A stretch of DNA of 55,071 nucleotides from an uncultured Bacilli bacterium (GTDB lineage Bacteria > Bacillota_I > Bacilli_A > RF39 > UBA660). The notes beneath the pieces are model-generated. The model was not told where the DNA came from. It did not search any database and was given only the letters and a program-made list of their open reading frames with translations. Location: positions 1 to 55,071 of the forward strand of contig CALVZF010000002.1 in the NCBI GenBank assembly GCA_944372455.1, written 5' to 3'. The position numbers and the translations under genes are program-made. Below are positions 27,210 to 35,425 of the stretch, in pieces; the stretch's first letter is position 1, and the number at the start of each line of letters is the position of its first letter.

Positions 27210-27752
27210 TTATTGATTAGCATTTACTGTTATTTTTCCTTTTAAAGATTTATTTTGAAGTTCATCTTGTTTAATTCCAGTTTCTTCTATCCAAACGTAA
27301 AAAGTATAATCTTTATATGTATTAGCTGATATTGAAATATTATCTTTAAGTTTAATCGCACTAGAAACGTTAAGAAAAGATCCAACAGCTATTTCATTAT
27401 CATCTTCATATAAAGCCCATTTAAAATCAGAAGTTTTTAATTCCTCGCTAATAGATTCTATATTAAAATTAATAGTAGCTGTAAAATCTGTATCACCAGT
27501 ATTTTTAACAGTAAATGGAAGCGCAGTAGCTTTTTCTTTCATTTCAACGGTATTTATAGGGACAATATTAGTAGCTCTTAATATACCGTTGTTAGCTACT
27601 TCAACCTCAAAAGAAGCTGTATTTATTGTTTGCGTTGAAGTATTACTTTTCGCACTAAAATATGCATAAGCTCTTTGAATTCCAAATACTAGTAACAAAA
27701 GAATTAAAACAAAAAATATTTTCTTATCAGTATCAATTTTCGCTTCTACCAT
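27210..27752 (-). CDS. Small secreted protein with a TasA/camelysin-type (SipW-class-like) signal region; paralog of the N-terminal part of 1..947
   Basis: KKIFFVLILLLLVFGIQRAYAYFSAKSNTSTQTINTASFEV resembles the GGTFAYFSD signal/N-terminus of TasA and CalY. A beta-rich body follows, with the shared blocks KNTGD, FKWALY, YTFYVWIEET and GKITV. Confidence 0.6.
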   Translation of the reverse strand: MVEAKIDTDKKIFFVLILLLLVFGIQRAYAYFSAKSNTSTQTINTASFEVEVANNGILRATNIVPINTVEMKEKATALPFTVKNTGDTDFTATINFNIESISEELKTSDFKWALYEDDNEIAVGSFLNVSSAIKLKDNISISANTYKDYTFYVWIEETGIKQDELQNKSLKGKITVNANQ

Positions 27753-27831
27753 TTAATATTCCCCTATTCTATTATTAATTTTAACATTCTTTCAAATTTA
27801 TTTCAATAAATTTAATTTTATTTTACAAACG

Positions 27832-27868
27832 AAAAGAAGTTTTTAAAATAACTCATAAAAACTTCTTT
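27832..27868 (-). terminator. Intrinsic terminator after tadC
   Basis: On the reverse strand, AAAGAAGTTTTT pairs with AAAAACTTCTTT around a loop and is followed by a T-rich tail. Confidence 0.55.
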
Positions 27869-27870
27869 AT

Positions 27871-28581
27871 TTATCCAGTAATAATTGTGACAATAATAGG
27901 TCCTAAAACAATTAATAACATTAGTGGTATAAAAAAGATAACTGATAAAATACTAATTTTAATTGGAAGTTTACCTATTTGTCCTCTAATACTTTGAATT
28001 CTTTTATCTGCTAAAAAATCAATTTGATTATACATTGTATCAATAATATTACCACCAAAAATATTAGTTTGACTAATATTTAAAATAATATTGTTAATAT
28101 TATCAGATGGTATTCTTTTTCTCATGTCATCTAAAGCTTCATCTAAACTTTTACTGTAATTCATTTCATTTAAAGTTTTTTTGAATTCGTTAGATAACTC
28201 ACTATCAATATTATCACAAGTAATTTCTAAAGCACTTTTTAAATCTCTACCCGTTTCAACAGATAAAGTTAAAACTTCAAAAAAGTTTACTGCTTCAGCT
28301 TCAAGCTTGCTAATTCGCTTTTTAATTCTATAATCAATTACTATATAATAAATTCCCAAGTAATAAAGTACACTCATAAGAGGAGCATAAATATAACCAT
28401 AATCGGGAACTAAATAAAGTAATACAAAAAATAATATTATTGTAGTAATAAGTCTAATATTTAAAAATACTATAGGATCAATTTTATTATATATACCTAA
28501 CATTTCTACTTTACTCTTAGTTTTTTCAATGGACTTTTTAGTATATACTTTACGCGCTAAAGGAAATTCTTTTCTCATCAT
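27871..28581 (-). CDS. tadC: TadC-like platform protein (single T2SS-F domain)
   Basis: A T2SSF-type helical domain (FFEVLTLSVETGRDLKSALE...SLDEALDDM) between TM segments. ATGA overlap with tadB. Confidence 0.7.
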   Translation of the reverse strand: MMRKEFPLARKVYTKKSIEKTKSKVEMLGIYNKIDPIVFLNIRLITTIILFFVLLYLVPDYGYIYAPLMSVLYYLGIYYIVIDYRIKKRISKLEAEAVNFFEVLTLSVETGRDLKSALEITCDNIDSELSNEFKKTLNEMNYSKSLDEALDDMRKRIPSDNINNIILNISQTNIFGGNIIDTMYNQIDFLADKRIQSIRGQIGKLPIKISILSVIFFIPLMLLIVLGPIIVTIITG

Positions 28582-29591
28582 TACACCTTAATTCTCATTG
28601 TTTTTTTAACAAAATATACATAAAGTACAAATATAATTATAATTAGTCCAGTGATAACTAGTCCTATTTCTGTAGTATATAAAGGAGTAAAGTAACTTGG
28701 ATTTAAGAAGAAAATTATAAGAAAAATTATAAATGGAGCACTTACTAATACTTTAAACATAATTTCAGAAGAAGCAGTTAAAGTTTTCATTTCGTTTTTT
28801 AATTTTCTTCTATTAAAGAAAGATTTTTCTATTGAAGAAAATACTTTAACAATATCTCCCCCAGTTTTATTTAAAATGGTAAGAGAAGCTGTTATATATT
28901 TAACATCCTCAGTATTAATTCTTTTAGCAAATCTTTCAAAAACAATATCTAATTCTAATCCAAAAGAAATATCAATATACATTCTATTAAATTCTTCACC
29001 TATAGGTCCAGATAACTCATGTTTTACTATTTCAATAGCTTGCATAGTAGTACGTCCACTTTTGAAAGCACTATTCAATATAATTATAGCTTTTAAAATA
29101 TCTTCATCAATTTTTTTCTTTCTTTTATAGTTTTTAAAAAATAAAACGATATCAATGGTAAAGAAGCCACCTACTAAAATTATAAATATTTGTAGTATAC
29201 TAAAATTTCTATATTGTAATACGTTAAATAAAAGAGTAACTAAAAATAGAAAAATAGTTAAAACAAGTTTTGAAGAGACATAATCCATAGGATCTACTAC
29301 ATTTTTTTTGGAATATGGAATATATTTATTATATTTAGAAGCTATTTTTTTAAGAAAATAAGAATGGTTAAATATTTTATTTAAAGCTTTAATTAATTTA
29401 TTATATAAATTTATTCCTTTATCAAAAAAAGATTCAACATTATTATTTAAGGGTTCAACAGAATATCTTCCAATTCGCTTTTCTAAGTTTGCAGCATGCC
29501 TAAATAGTAATACTTGTATTAAAATTATTATAAGTATTACTATTATTATTATCTGCAATATAAATAAAGGGATATTAATGTTATTTCCCAT
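28581..29591 (-). CDS. tadB: TadB-like platform protein (single T2SS-F domain)
   Basis: ILNSAFKSGRTTMQAIEIV..GPIGEEF...FERFAKRI with flanking TM helices. ATG 29591 follows AGGTGA, and the GTG at 29600 lies within the RBS. Confidence 0.7.
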   Translation of the reverse strand: MGNNINIPLFILQIIIIVILIIILIQVLLFRHAANLEKRIGRYSVEPLNNNVESFFDKGINLYNKLIKALNKIFNHSYFLKKIASKYNKYIPYSKKNVVDPMDYVSSKLVLTIFLFLVTLLFNVLQYRNFSILQIFIILVGGFFTIDIVLFFKNYKRKKKIDEDILKAIIILNSAFKSGRTTMQAIEIVKHELSGPIGEEFNRMYIDISFGLELDIVFERFAKRINTEDVKYITASLTILNKTGGDIVKVFSSIEKSFFNRRKLKNEMKTLTASSEIMFKVLVSAPFIIFLIIFFLNPSYFTPLYTTEIGLVITGLIIIIFVLYVYFVKKTMRIKV

Positions 29592-29600
29592 AAGTATCAC

Positions 29601-30929
29601 CTACTTACCAAAAATATCTTTTAAGTTTTTGATTCCTTTTGAAGTAATTTTTTCATATACTTTTGGAATATAATTATAAAGAATAAACTCTCCATCTACT
29701 TCTCCGTTTGAAGTAAGACCTTTTTGACGGAATGCAAAGATTTCTTGAAGTTTTAAAACTCCATTTTTAATTTCAGTAATCTCGCTAATAGAAGTTATTT
29801 TTCTTCTACCATCTCCAAGTCTTTCAATATGTACTACTAAATCAATTGCATTAAATATATATTCTCTAATCGCACTTACTGGTATATCTAATCCTGCCAT
29901 TAATACCATTGATTCTAATCTATTTAAAGCATCTATTGGAGAATTAGCGTGCATTGTAGTTAATGAACCATCATGACCAGTATTCATAGCTTGAAGCATA
30001 TCAAAAGCTTCTTTTCCTCTTACTTCTCCTACAATTATTCTATCTGGTCTCATTCTAAGAGAGTTAATTACTAAATCTCTAATAGTAATTTCTCCTTGAT
30101 TTTCATAGTTTTCTGGACGAGTTTCAAGACTAATAACATGATTTTGTTCCAGTTTTAATTCAGCAGCATCTTCAATTGTGATTATTCTTTGATCATCTGG
30201 AATAAAACTAGATAAAATATTTAGAAGTGTAGTTTTACCAGCACCAGTTCCTCCACTAACTATTATATTTAAATTAGCTTCTACGCAAGCTTCTAAAAAT
30301 CTAGCCATATATGGAGTTAAGGTACCACTACGTAAATAATCATCAATACTAGTCATGTTTTTTCTAAATTTACGAATAGTTAAAACTGGACCTTTTAAAG
30401 ATAATGGTGGAATAATTGCATTAATTCTAGAGCCATCTGGTAGTCTTGAATCTACCATTGGATTTGAAGCATCAATCGTTCTACCAAGAGGTTGAACCAT
30501 TCTTTGTATAGTTCTTAAAATATGATCATTATTAATAAAAGAAACCGAATCATCTTTAACTACTTTCCCATTAATTTCAATATATATTTCATTTGGTCCA
30601 TTTACCATTATTTCAGTAATATTCCCATCTTCTAGTAACTCAGTAATTGGTCCATAACCATTAATTTCATTTTCAATTAAATTGTAAATATGGGCACGTG
30701 CTAAATTAGATAGATCGTATCCTTCCAATGTTTTATCTATTTCATCATTAATATAATCTTTTAAAATTTTATCTTTGGGAATTTTATCATCAATAATATT
30801 TTGAATAATTTGATTTCTCAAACTATCAAGTAAAACTTTGTTTGGAAAAACTTCATAATCAGATAAAATACTTATTTTATTTTGTTTAGGCTTTATATCA
30901 AAAGCTTCTGTTAAAGTTTTTTTAGGCAT
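29601..30929 (-). CDS. cpaF: CpaF/TadA-family secretion ATPase
   Basis: Walker A GGTGAGKTTLLN, Asp box IITIEDAAEL, Walker B RIIVGEVRG, His box TGHDGSLTTMHAN. Confidence 0.9.
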   Translation of the reverse strand: MPKKTLTEAFDIKPKQNKISILSDYEVFPNKVLLDSLRNQIIQNIIDDKIPKDKILKDYINDEIDKTLEGYDLSNLARAHIYNLIENEINGYGPITELLEDGNITEIMVNGPNEIYIEINGKVVKDDSVSFINNDHILRTIQRMVQPLGRTIDASNPMVDSRLPDGSRINAIIPPLSLKGPVLTIRKFRKNMTSIDDYLRSGTLTPYMARFLEACVEANLNIIVSGGTGAGKTTLLNILSSFIPDDQRIITIEDAAELKLEQNHVISLETRPENYENQGEITIRDLVINSLRMRPDRIIVGEVRGKEAFDMLQAMNTGHDGSLTTMHANSPIDALNRLESMVLMAGLDIPVSAIREYIFNAIDLVVHIERLGDGRRKITSISEITEIKNGVLKLQEIFAFRQKGLTSNGEVDGEFILYNYIPKVYEKITSKGIKNLKDIFGK

Positions 30930-31699
30930 TATTTCACCTTCTTATCTTTTATTAGGTCAAGTGCCATATTTTTAAAATTTTGAAAATCTTTTCTTTTGGC
31001 TTTTTGAATTTTTTTATCTAATAGTAAAATTTTTCCATTAATTGTATAATTATCTATATCTTTAATATAAAAATTTTTAGAAATAGTATAATCAATATTA
31101 GAGCCAATTACGGTTTTAATATCAAATGTAGTAAAGTAATCTTTTCCAGTATCTCTAGAATTATTGTACAATATTTTATAGTTATTAATTTGATTATCAT
31201 TAAAAATAGAAATTATTGATTTAGTGTTTTTAAGATCTACTGGATCATTAGTTACTACAAACAAAGTATTATAAGCACTATCCATAATAGTAAGATTTAT
31301 TTCAGTTAAAATATGGGTAGTATCTATTAAAATCACTTCATATTTACTTTCTACATTGTATAAAAGTAAATCAATATATTTAGCTTCTACTTTCATGGCT
31401 TGTCTTGGGTCTTTAGGTGCGCATATTACATCAATACCTTCAATGTAATTATATATATAATCATCAATATGCATAAATCTATTATTCATCATGTCATCAA
31501 CTACATTATAAACAGTCTTTTTATTTTTTAAATTTAAAGCAAGAGCGAGTGCTCCACCATATAGATCTAAATCTATTATTAAAACTTTTTTACCTAATAA
31601 GTGATAAGTAGCAGCAAGATTAAGCAATACTGTAGTTTTTCCTACTCCACCTTTTGTAGAAGTTATACAAATTGTTTTGGCTTTTTTAATTTTAGGCAT
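30929..31699 (-). CDS. ParA/MinD-type ATPase (CpaE/TadZ-like)
   Basis: Deviant Walker A TSTKGGVGKTT followed by IIDLDLYGG. Confidence 0.75.
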   Translation of the reverse strand: MPKIKKAKTICITSTKGGVGKTTVLLNLAATYHLLGKKVLIIDLDLYGGALALALNLKNKKTVYNVVDDMMNNRFMHIDDYIYNYIEGIDVICAPKDPRQAMKVEAKYIDLLLYNVESKYEVILIDTTHILTEINLTIMDSAYNTLFVVTNDPVDLKNTKSIISIFNDNQINNYKILYNNSRDTGKDYFTTFDIKTVIGSNIDYTISKNFYIKDIDNYTINGKILLLDKKIQKAKRKDFQNFKNMALDLIKDKKVK

Positions 31700-31710
31700 G
31701 TAATCACCTT

Positions 31711-32094
31711 CTAACCCTTTTTTAATTCTTTTTTATTATCTAATATTGTACCTTCATACTTAGATACAATTTTATATTCTTTTATTCCTATTATTTTTCC
31801 AAAAGTACTTTCTATATTTTTATGAAAATTAATATTAATTTGATTAGTACCAATTTTAATATTATCAATAATTATTTTATCATCATTTTTAAGTATTAAC
31901 TCTTTTATTTCACTTTCTAAATTCTTATTTTCAAGTTTTTCTAATGATAAAGAAATAACCATCTTATTAATTTCATCTAATTTATTTTTATTTTGATACA
32001 TAGTAGTTATATCTATTACAGTAGCCATAATAATTATTAATAATGGTAAAAATACTACAAACACTATTAAAGTTTGACCTTTATTATTTATCAT
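31711..32094 (-). CDS. TadE/TadG-like pseudopilin-type protein
   Basis: The N-terminus MINNKGQTLIVFVVFLPLLIIIMATVIDI fits the TadE/G-like N-terminal pattern (G then hydrophobic, ..P.L.....D). Confidence 0.55.
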   Translation of the reverse strand: MINNKGQTLIVFVVFLPLLIIIMATVIDITTMYQNKNKLDEINKMVISLSLEKLENKNLESEIKELILKNDDKIIIDNIKIGTNQININFHKNIESTFGKIIGIKEYKIVSKYEGTILDNKKELKKG

Positions 32095-32431
32095 ATACTA
32101 CCCTACTCACCTTTATCTTGTATGGACTATCTAATAACAAATTTAATCCAGGAGTTATGATATCTACTGAAGTGAATAGTCTTACCTCTTTATACTTACC
32201 ATTAGTAACTATTCTATAAGTAACTTTCTTACTAGTATCTTGATTTATAAACGAAATAATTTCTTCTTCTGTTTCATTATTTTGTATCATATTAATAACA
32301 TCATTTAATTTACTTTCAAGCTTACTTTTGTTATATATTATTACTCCGAAATCAATAGTGGCAAAAAGTATCATAATTAGTACTGGTAAAACAATAACAA
32401 ATTCTACTAAGGCTTGACCTTTTTGTTTCAC
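32084..32431 (-). CDS. TadE-like (pseudo)pilin with a class III signal, KG|QALVEF
   Basis: GTG 32431 lies 10 nt after AGGGG and gives MKQKG|QALVEFVIVLPVLIMILFATIDFG, with Gly at -1 and Glu at +5. The track start at 32440 has no spacing from the RBS. Confidence 0.6.
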   Translation of the reverse strand: MKQKGQALVEFVIVLPVLIMILFATIDFGVIIYNKSKLESKLNDVINMIQNNETEEEIISFINQDTSKKVTYRIVTNGKYKEVRLFTSVDIITPGLNLLLDSPYKIKVSRVVYDK

Positions 32432-32489
32432 TAATATCACGCCCCTATTATATCTAGTATATCAGAAAATTTGAGATTTTTAAATATTT

Positions 32490-33251
32490 TTATACAAGAT
32501 AATTTATTAAATCTAATAATGATACACTAGTAAATTTTAAAAGTAGTAAAATAATTGCAGTTATAGAAAGGAATGGTCCAAAAGGGACAATATTATCTTT
32601 TTTTCTTATCATTGTAATAATAGCATAAGGAAGCGCAATAAAAGATGCCAAAAATATTATTACAATAGCTGTTTTAATATGAAAAACCAAGCCAAAAAAG
32701 AAAAATAATTTTATATCTCCCCCACCTAATGATTCAGTTTTAAAAATAAAATCTCCAATCCATTTTATTAAATACATAAAACAAAAACAAAGAACGCCAT
32801 AAAATATAGCTAATAAAAATGAGAAAACTCCATTTAATATTAAAGTTTCTATAAGTATTAGAATGCTTCCACATATTAAAACTTCATCTGAAATGATCAT
32901 GTATTCAATATCGCTAATTATTACTATTATTAAAATTGAAACAAACGTAATAGGTATTATTACGTTTACACTTAATCCAAAAACTATATAACACAAACTA
33001 AATAGAATTCCTGTTAATAATTCATATATTGGATATTTAATTGATATATGTGTTTTACAATTTCTACATTTTCCCAATTGAATTAGATATGAAATAACCG
33101 GGATAAGCTCATACCATTTTAATTTTTTATTACACTTCTCACAATGAGATGGAGGATTAATAATAGATTTTCCTTCTGGAAGTCTTAAAGCAACTACTTG
33201 AAAGAAAGATCCAAAAACTAACCCAAATATAAAGAAAATTAAACAAACCAT
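32490..33251 (-). CDS. pilD: Prepilin peptidase (A24 family, PilD/ComC-like, with an N-terminal Cys4 domain)
   Basis: Motifs CEKCNKKLKWYELIPVISYL..GKCRNCK, and the conserved Asp regions ISD and GGGDIKLF. ATG 33251 follows GGGGG. Confidence 0.85.
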   Translation of the reverse strand: MVCLIFFIFGLVFGSFFQVVALRLPEGKSIINPPSHCEKCNKKLKWYELIPVISYLIQLGKCRNCKTHISIKYPIYELLTGILFSLCYIVFGLSVNVIIPITFVSILIIVIISDIEYMIISDEVLICGSILILIETLILNGVFSFLLAIFYGVLCFCFMYLIKWIGDFIFKTESLGGGDIKLFFFFGLVFHIKTAIVIIFLASFIALPYAIITMIRKKDNIVPFGPFLSITAIILLLLKFTSVSLLDLINYLV

Positions 33252-33261
33252 AAAATACCCC

Positions 33262-34917
33262 CTAAATTTGATTATATAAACTAAACATTGGTATAACAAT
33301 TGCAAGTAGTAAACCACCAACTAGAAAAGCTAAAAAAGCAATCATTACTGGTTCAATTAAACTTTTCATTTGAGTAACTAAAGCTGCATGTTGTTCTTGA
33401 TAGAAAACTGAAACTTTATTCATCATTTTACCTAGTTCTCCGGTTCTTTCTCCTGTTAAAAGCATTTCGTAAGCTACATCTGGAAATGCCCAATGATCTT
33501 TAAATGAAGCAGAAATACTTTCACCCTTAGAAAGATTAGTAATAGTATCGTATATAATCATTTTATAAATCTCATTATTAGTTATCTTACTTAAAATTTC
33601 CATACTATCAGTTATAAAAACATTATGATTTAAAAGTGAACCAAAAGTTTTAGTAAAAGTAGTAATTTCGTTATATATAATTATTTTACCAATTATAGGT
33701 AATTTCATCGTTATATATTGAACCATAGTTCTAAATAATTTAATCTTTTTATAAAGATAAACTAGTAAAACAATAATTCCCGCTATTCCTAAGAAAATAT
33801 ACAAATAATACTTACCTAAGAAATTACTAAGATTGATTATAAATTGAGTGATAGCTGGTATTTCTGCTCCTATTCCACTATATATATCTACAAATTGTGG
33901 AACTACATAAAGCATTATAAAAGTAACGATTGCGATTGACATAACAAATACAATAGAAGGATACATCATCGCACTTATCATTTGCTTTCTTGTTTTTTCT
34001 AACGAATCATAATAATCAGCCATATCATCTAAAGTTTCTGGTAATTCTCCTGTCATTTCTGCGGTTTTAATCATATTAATTAATAACCTTGGGAAAGCTT
34101 TACCTTGTTTATCTAATGCATTAGAAAACGATTCTCCCATTACTAATTCGTAAACAATTGATTGCATTACTTTTTTCTTATTAGCCTTTTTTTCTTGATT
34201 TGAAAAAATTCTAAGTGAGTCAATTAGTGAAATTCCAGCTCTTAAATATGTTGATAATTGAGTTAAAAAGAATACTAATTCTTTTTTAGAATATTTAGGT
34301 GCATTAATACTGCTACTTCCATATAGAAAGTTAATCCATTTAGAGGTTTTAATGGAATAAACCTCATAGCCTTCATTTATAAGGAATGAATGTACATCTA
34401 CTTTTGAAAAAGCGTCAAATTTACCTTTAATATATTTTCCATCTGCATCTTTAGCTTCATATATATACGTTTGTTTTTTATCACTTTTAGCAGTATCTTC
34501 TTCTCCAAAATTCATTAACATAACTTCTTTTTTATTTTCTTGATGATTTTTCTTGTTTTTAGCAATACCCCCTATAATACTACCATTCATTTTTTTATAT
34601 TTTTCTTTTTCTCGTTTTTCTGCTAAACGTGTTTTTTCTTTCGCTTTTTTAGCTTTATCTTTTAAAGTCATTTTTTCAATTAATTCTTTAGTTTCATTAT
34701 TTAAATTGTTTTCACCTTTAATTACTTTAGTTTTTTTAGGTTTGTTATTAACTTTCTTTTTAGGCTTTCTTATAAAAATTTTCTTCAAAATAAAGATAAT
34801 ACCTACAAAAAAGTATTTAATAAGACTAAATAAAAAATAAAAAACTGCAGCTATACCTAGGAAAAAGTTTTTAAATATTGCCACAATAAAACTACCAATT
34901 GCTTTTAATATTTTCAT
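33262..34917 (-). CDS. PilC/GspF-family platform protein (two T2SS-F domains) with an unusual ~150-aa TM plus Lys-rich N-terminal extension
   Basis: YIYEAKDADGKYIKGKFDAFSKVDVHSFLINEGYEVYSI is a PilC N-terminal domain. The two F domains carry ...QLSTYLRAGISLIDSL... and ...TFGSLLNHNVFITDSMEIL.... ATG 34917 follows AGGAGAGGGG. Confidence 0.8.
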   Translation of the reverse strand: MKILKAIGSFIVAIFKNFFLGIAAVFYFLFSLIKYFFVGIIFILKKIFIRKPKKKVNNKPKKTKVIKGENNLNNETKELIEKMTLKDKAKKAKEKTRLAEKREKEKYKKMNGSIIGGIAKNKKNHQENKKEVMLMNFGEEDTAKSDKKQTYIYEAKDADGKYIKGKFDAFSKVDVHSFLINEGYEVYSIKTSKWINFLYGSSSINAPKYSKKELVFFLTQLSTYLRAGISLIDSLRIFSNQEKKANKKKVMQSIVYELVMGESFSNALDKQGKAFPRLLINMIKTAEMTGELPETLDDMADYYDSLEKTRKQMISAMMYPSIVFVMSIAIVTFIMLYVVPQFVDIYSGIGAEIPAITQFIINLSNFLGKYYLYIFLGIAGIIVLLVYLYKKIKLFRTMVQYITMKLPIIGKIIIYNEITTFTKTFGSLLNHNVFITDSMEILSKITNNEIYKMIIYDTITNLSKGESISASFKDHWAFPDVAYEMLLTGERTGELGKMMNKVSVFYQEQHAALVTQMKSLIEPVMIAFLAFLVGGLLLAIVIPMFSLYNQI

Positions 34918-35040
34918 AAAATGCCCCTCTCCTATTCTAACTATTAAATAGTATATCATATTAGTTAATTTTTTTAAATAAATTTTTAGAAAGTAACTTA
35001 ATTTTACATAAAACATATAATGTGGTAAGGGGGATTACTT

Positions 35041-35397
35041 ATGTTTAATAGAGGAATTTCTCCGTACGGAGCTTATGGTCTTGGTGGTGCGGTAAAACAA
35101 GGAATAAACTGGTCTAGCCTTTTAACTAATACACAAAAAACTTTGGGAATTATTAATCAAGCAATACCAGCTTTTTATCAAGTAAAACCTATTTTTAATA
35201 ATATGAAAACTATGTTTAGATTGGTAAATGAGATAAATAAAGATGATAAAAAAACTGATTCTACAATACAAGAGGCTAATTATACTAGTACTAATACAAG
35301 TACAAATGTAACTGAAAAAGCTACTACTAAAGTTAATCAAGAACAATATTATAGCGATAACTCTTCTTATAACGATGGACCAAATTTCTTTTTATAA
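35041..35397 (+). CDS. Hypothetical protein, possibly VrrA/YqfQ-like
   Basis: INWSSLLTNTQKTLGIINQAIPAFYQVKPIFNNMKTMFRLV resembles my recollection of the conserved YqfQ core. The tail is low-complexity and T/N/S-rich. Confidence 0.4.
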   Translation: MFNRGISPYGAYGLGGAVKQGINWSSLLTNTQKTLGIINQAIPAFYQVKPIFNNMKTMFRLVNEINKDDKKTDSTIQEANYTSTNTSTNVTEKATTKVNQEQYYSDNSSYNDGPNFFL

Positions 35398-35425
35398 AAG
35401 CGATGTAAACTAACATCGCTTTTAA

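Noticed and set aside
27210-27752. The TasA-like proteins (here and at 1..947) as type IV pilin or Flp substrates of the adjacent prepilin peptidase.
   Set aside because: The hydrophobic segment lies before the conserved Gly rather than after it. There is no Glu at +5 and no G|xxxxEY motif. The layout is Sec/SipW-like, not a class III signal.
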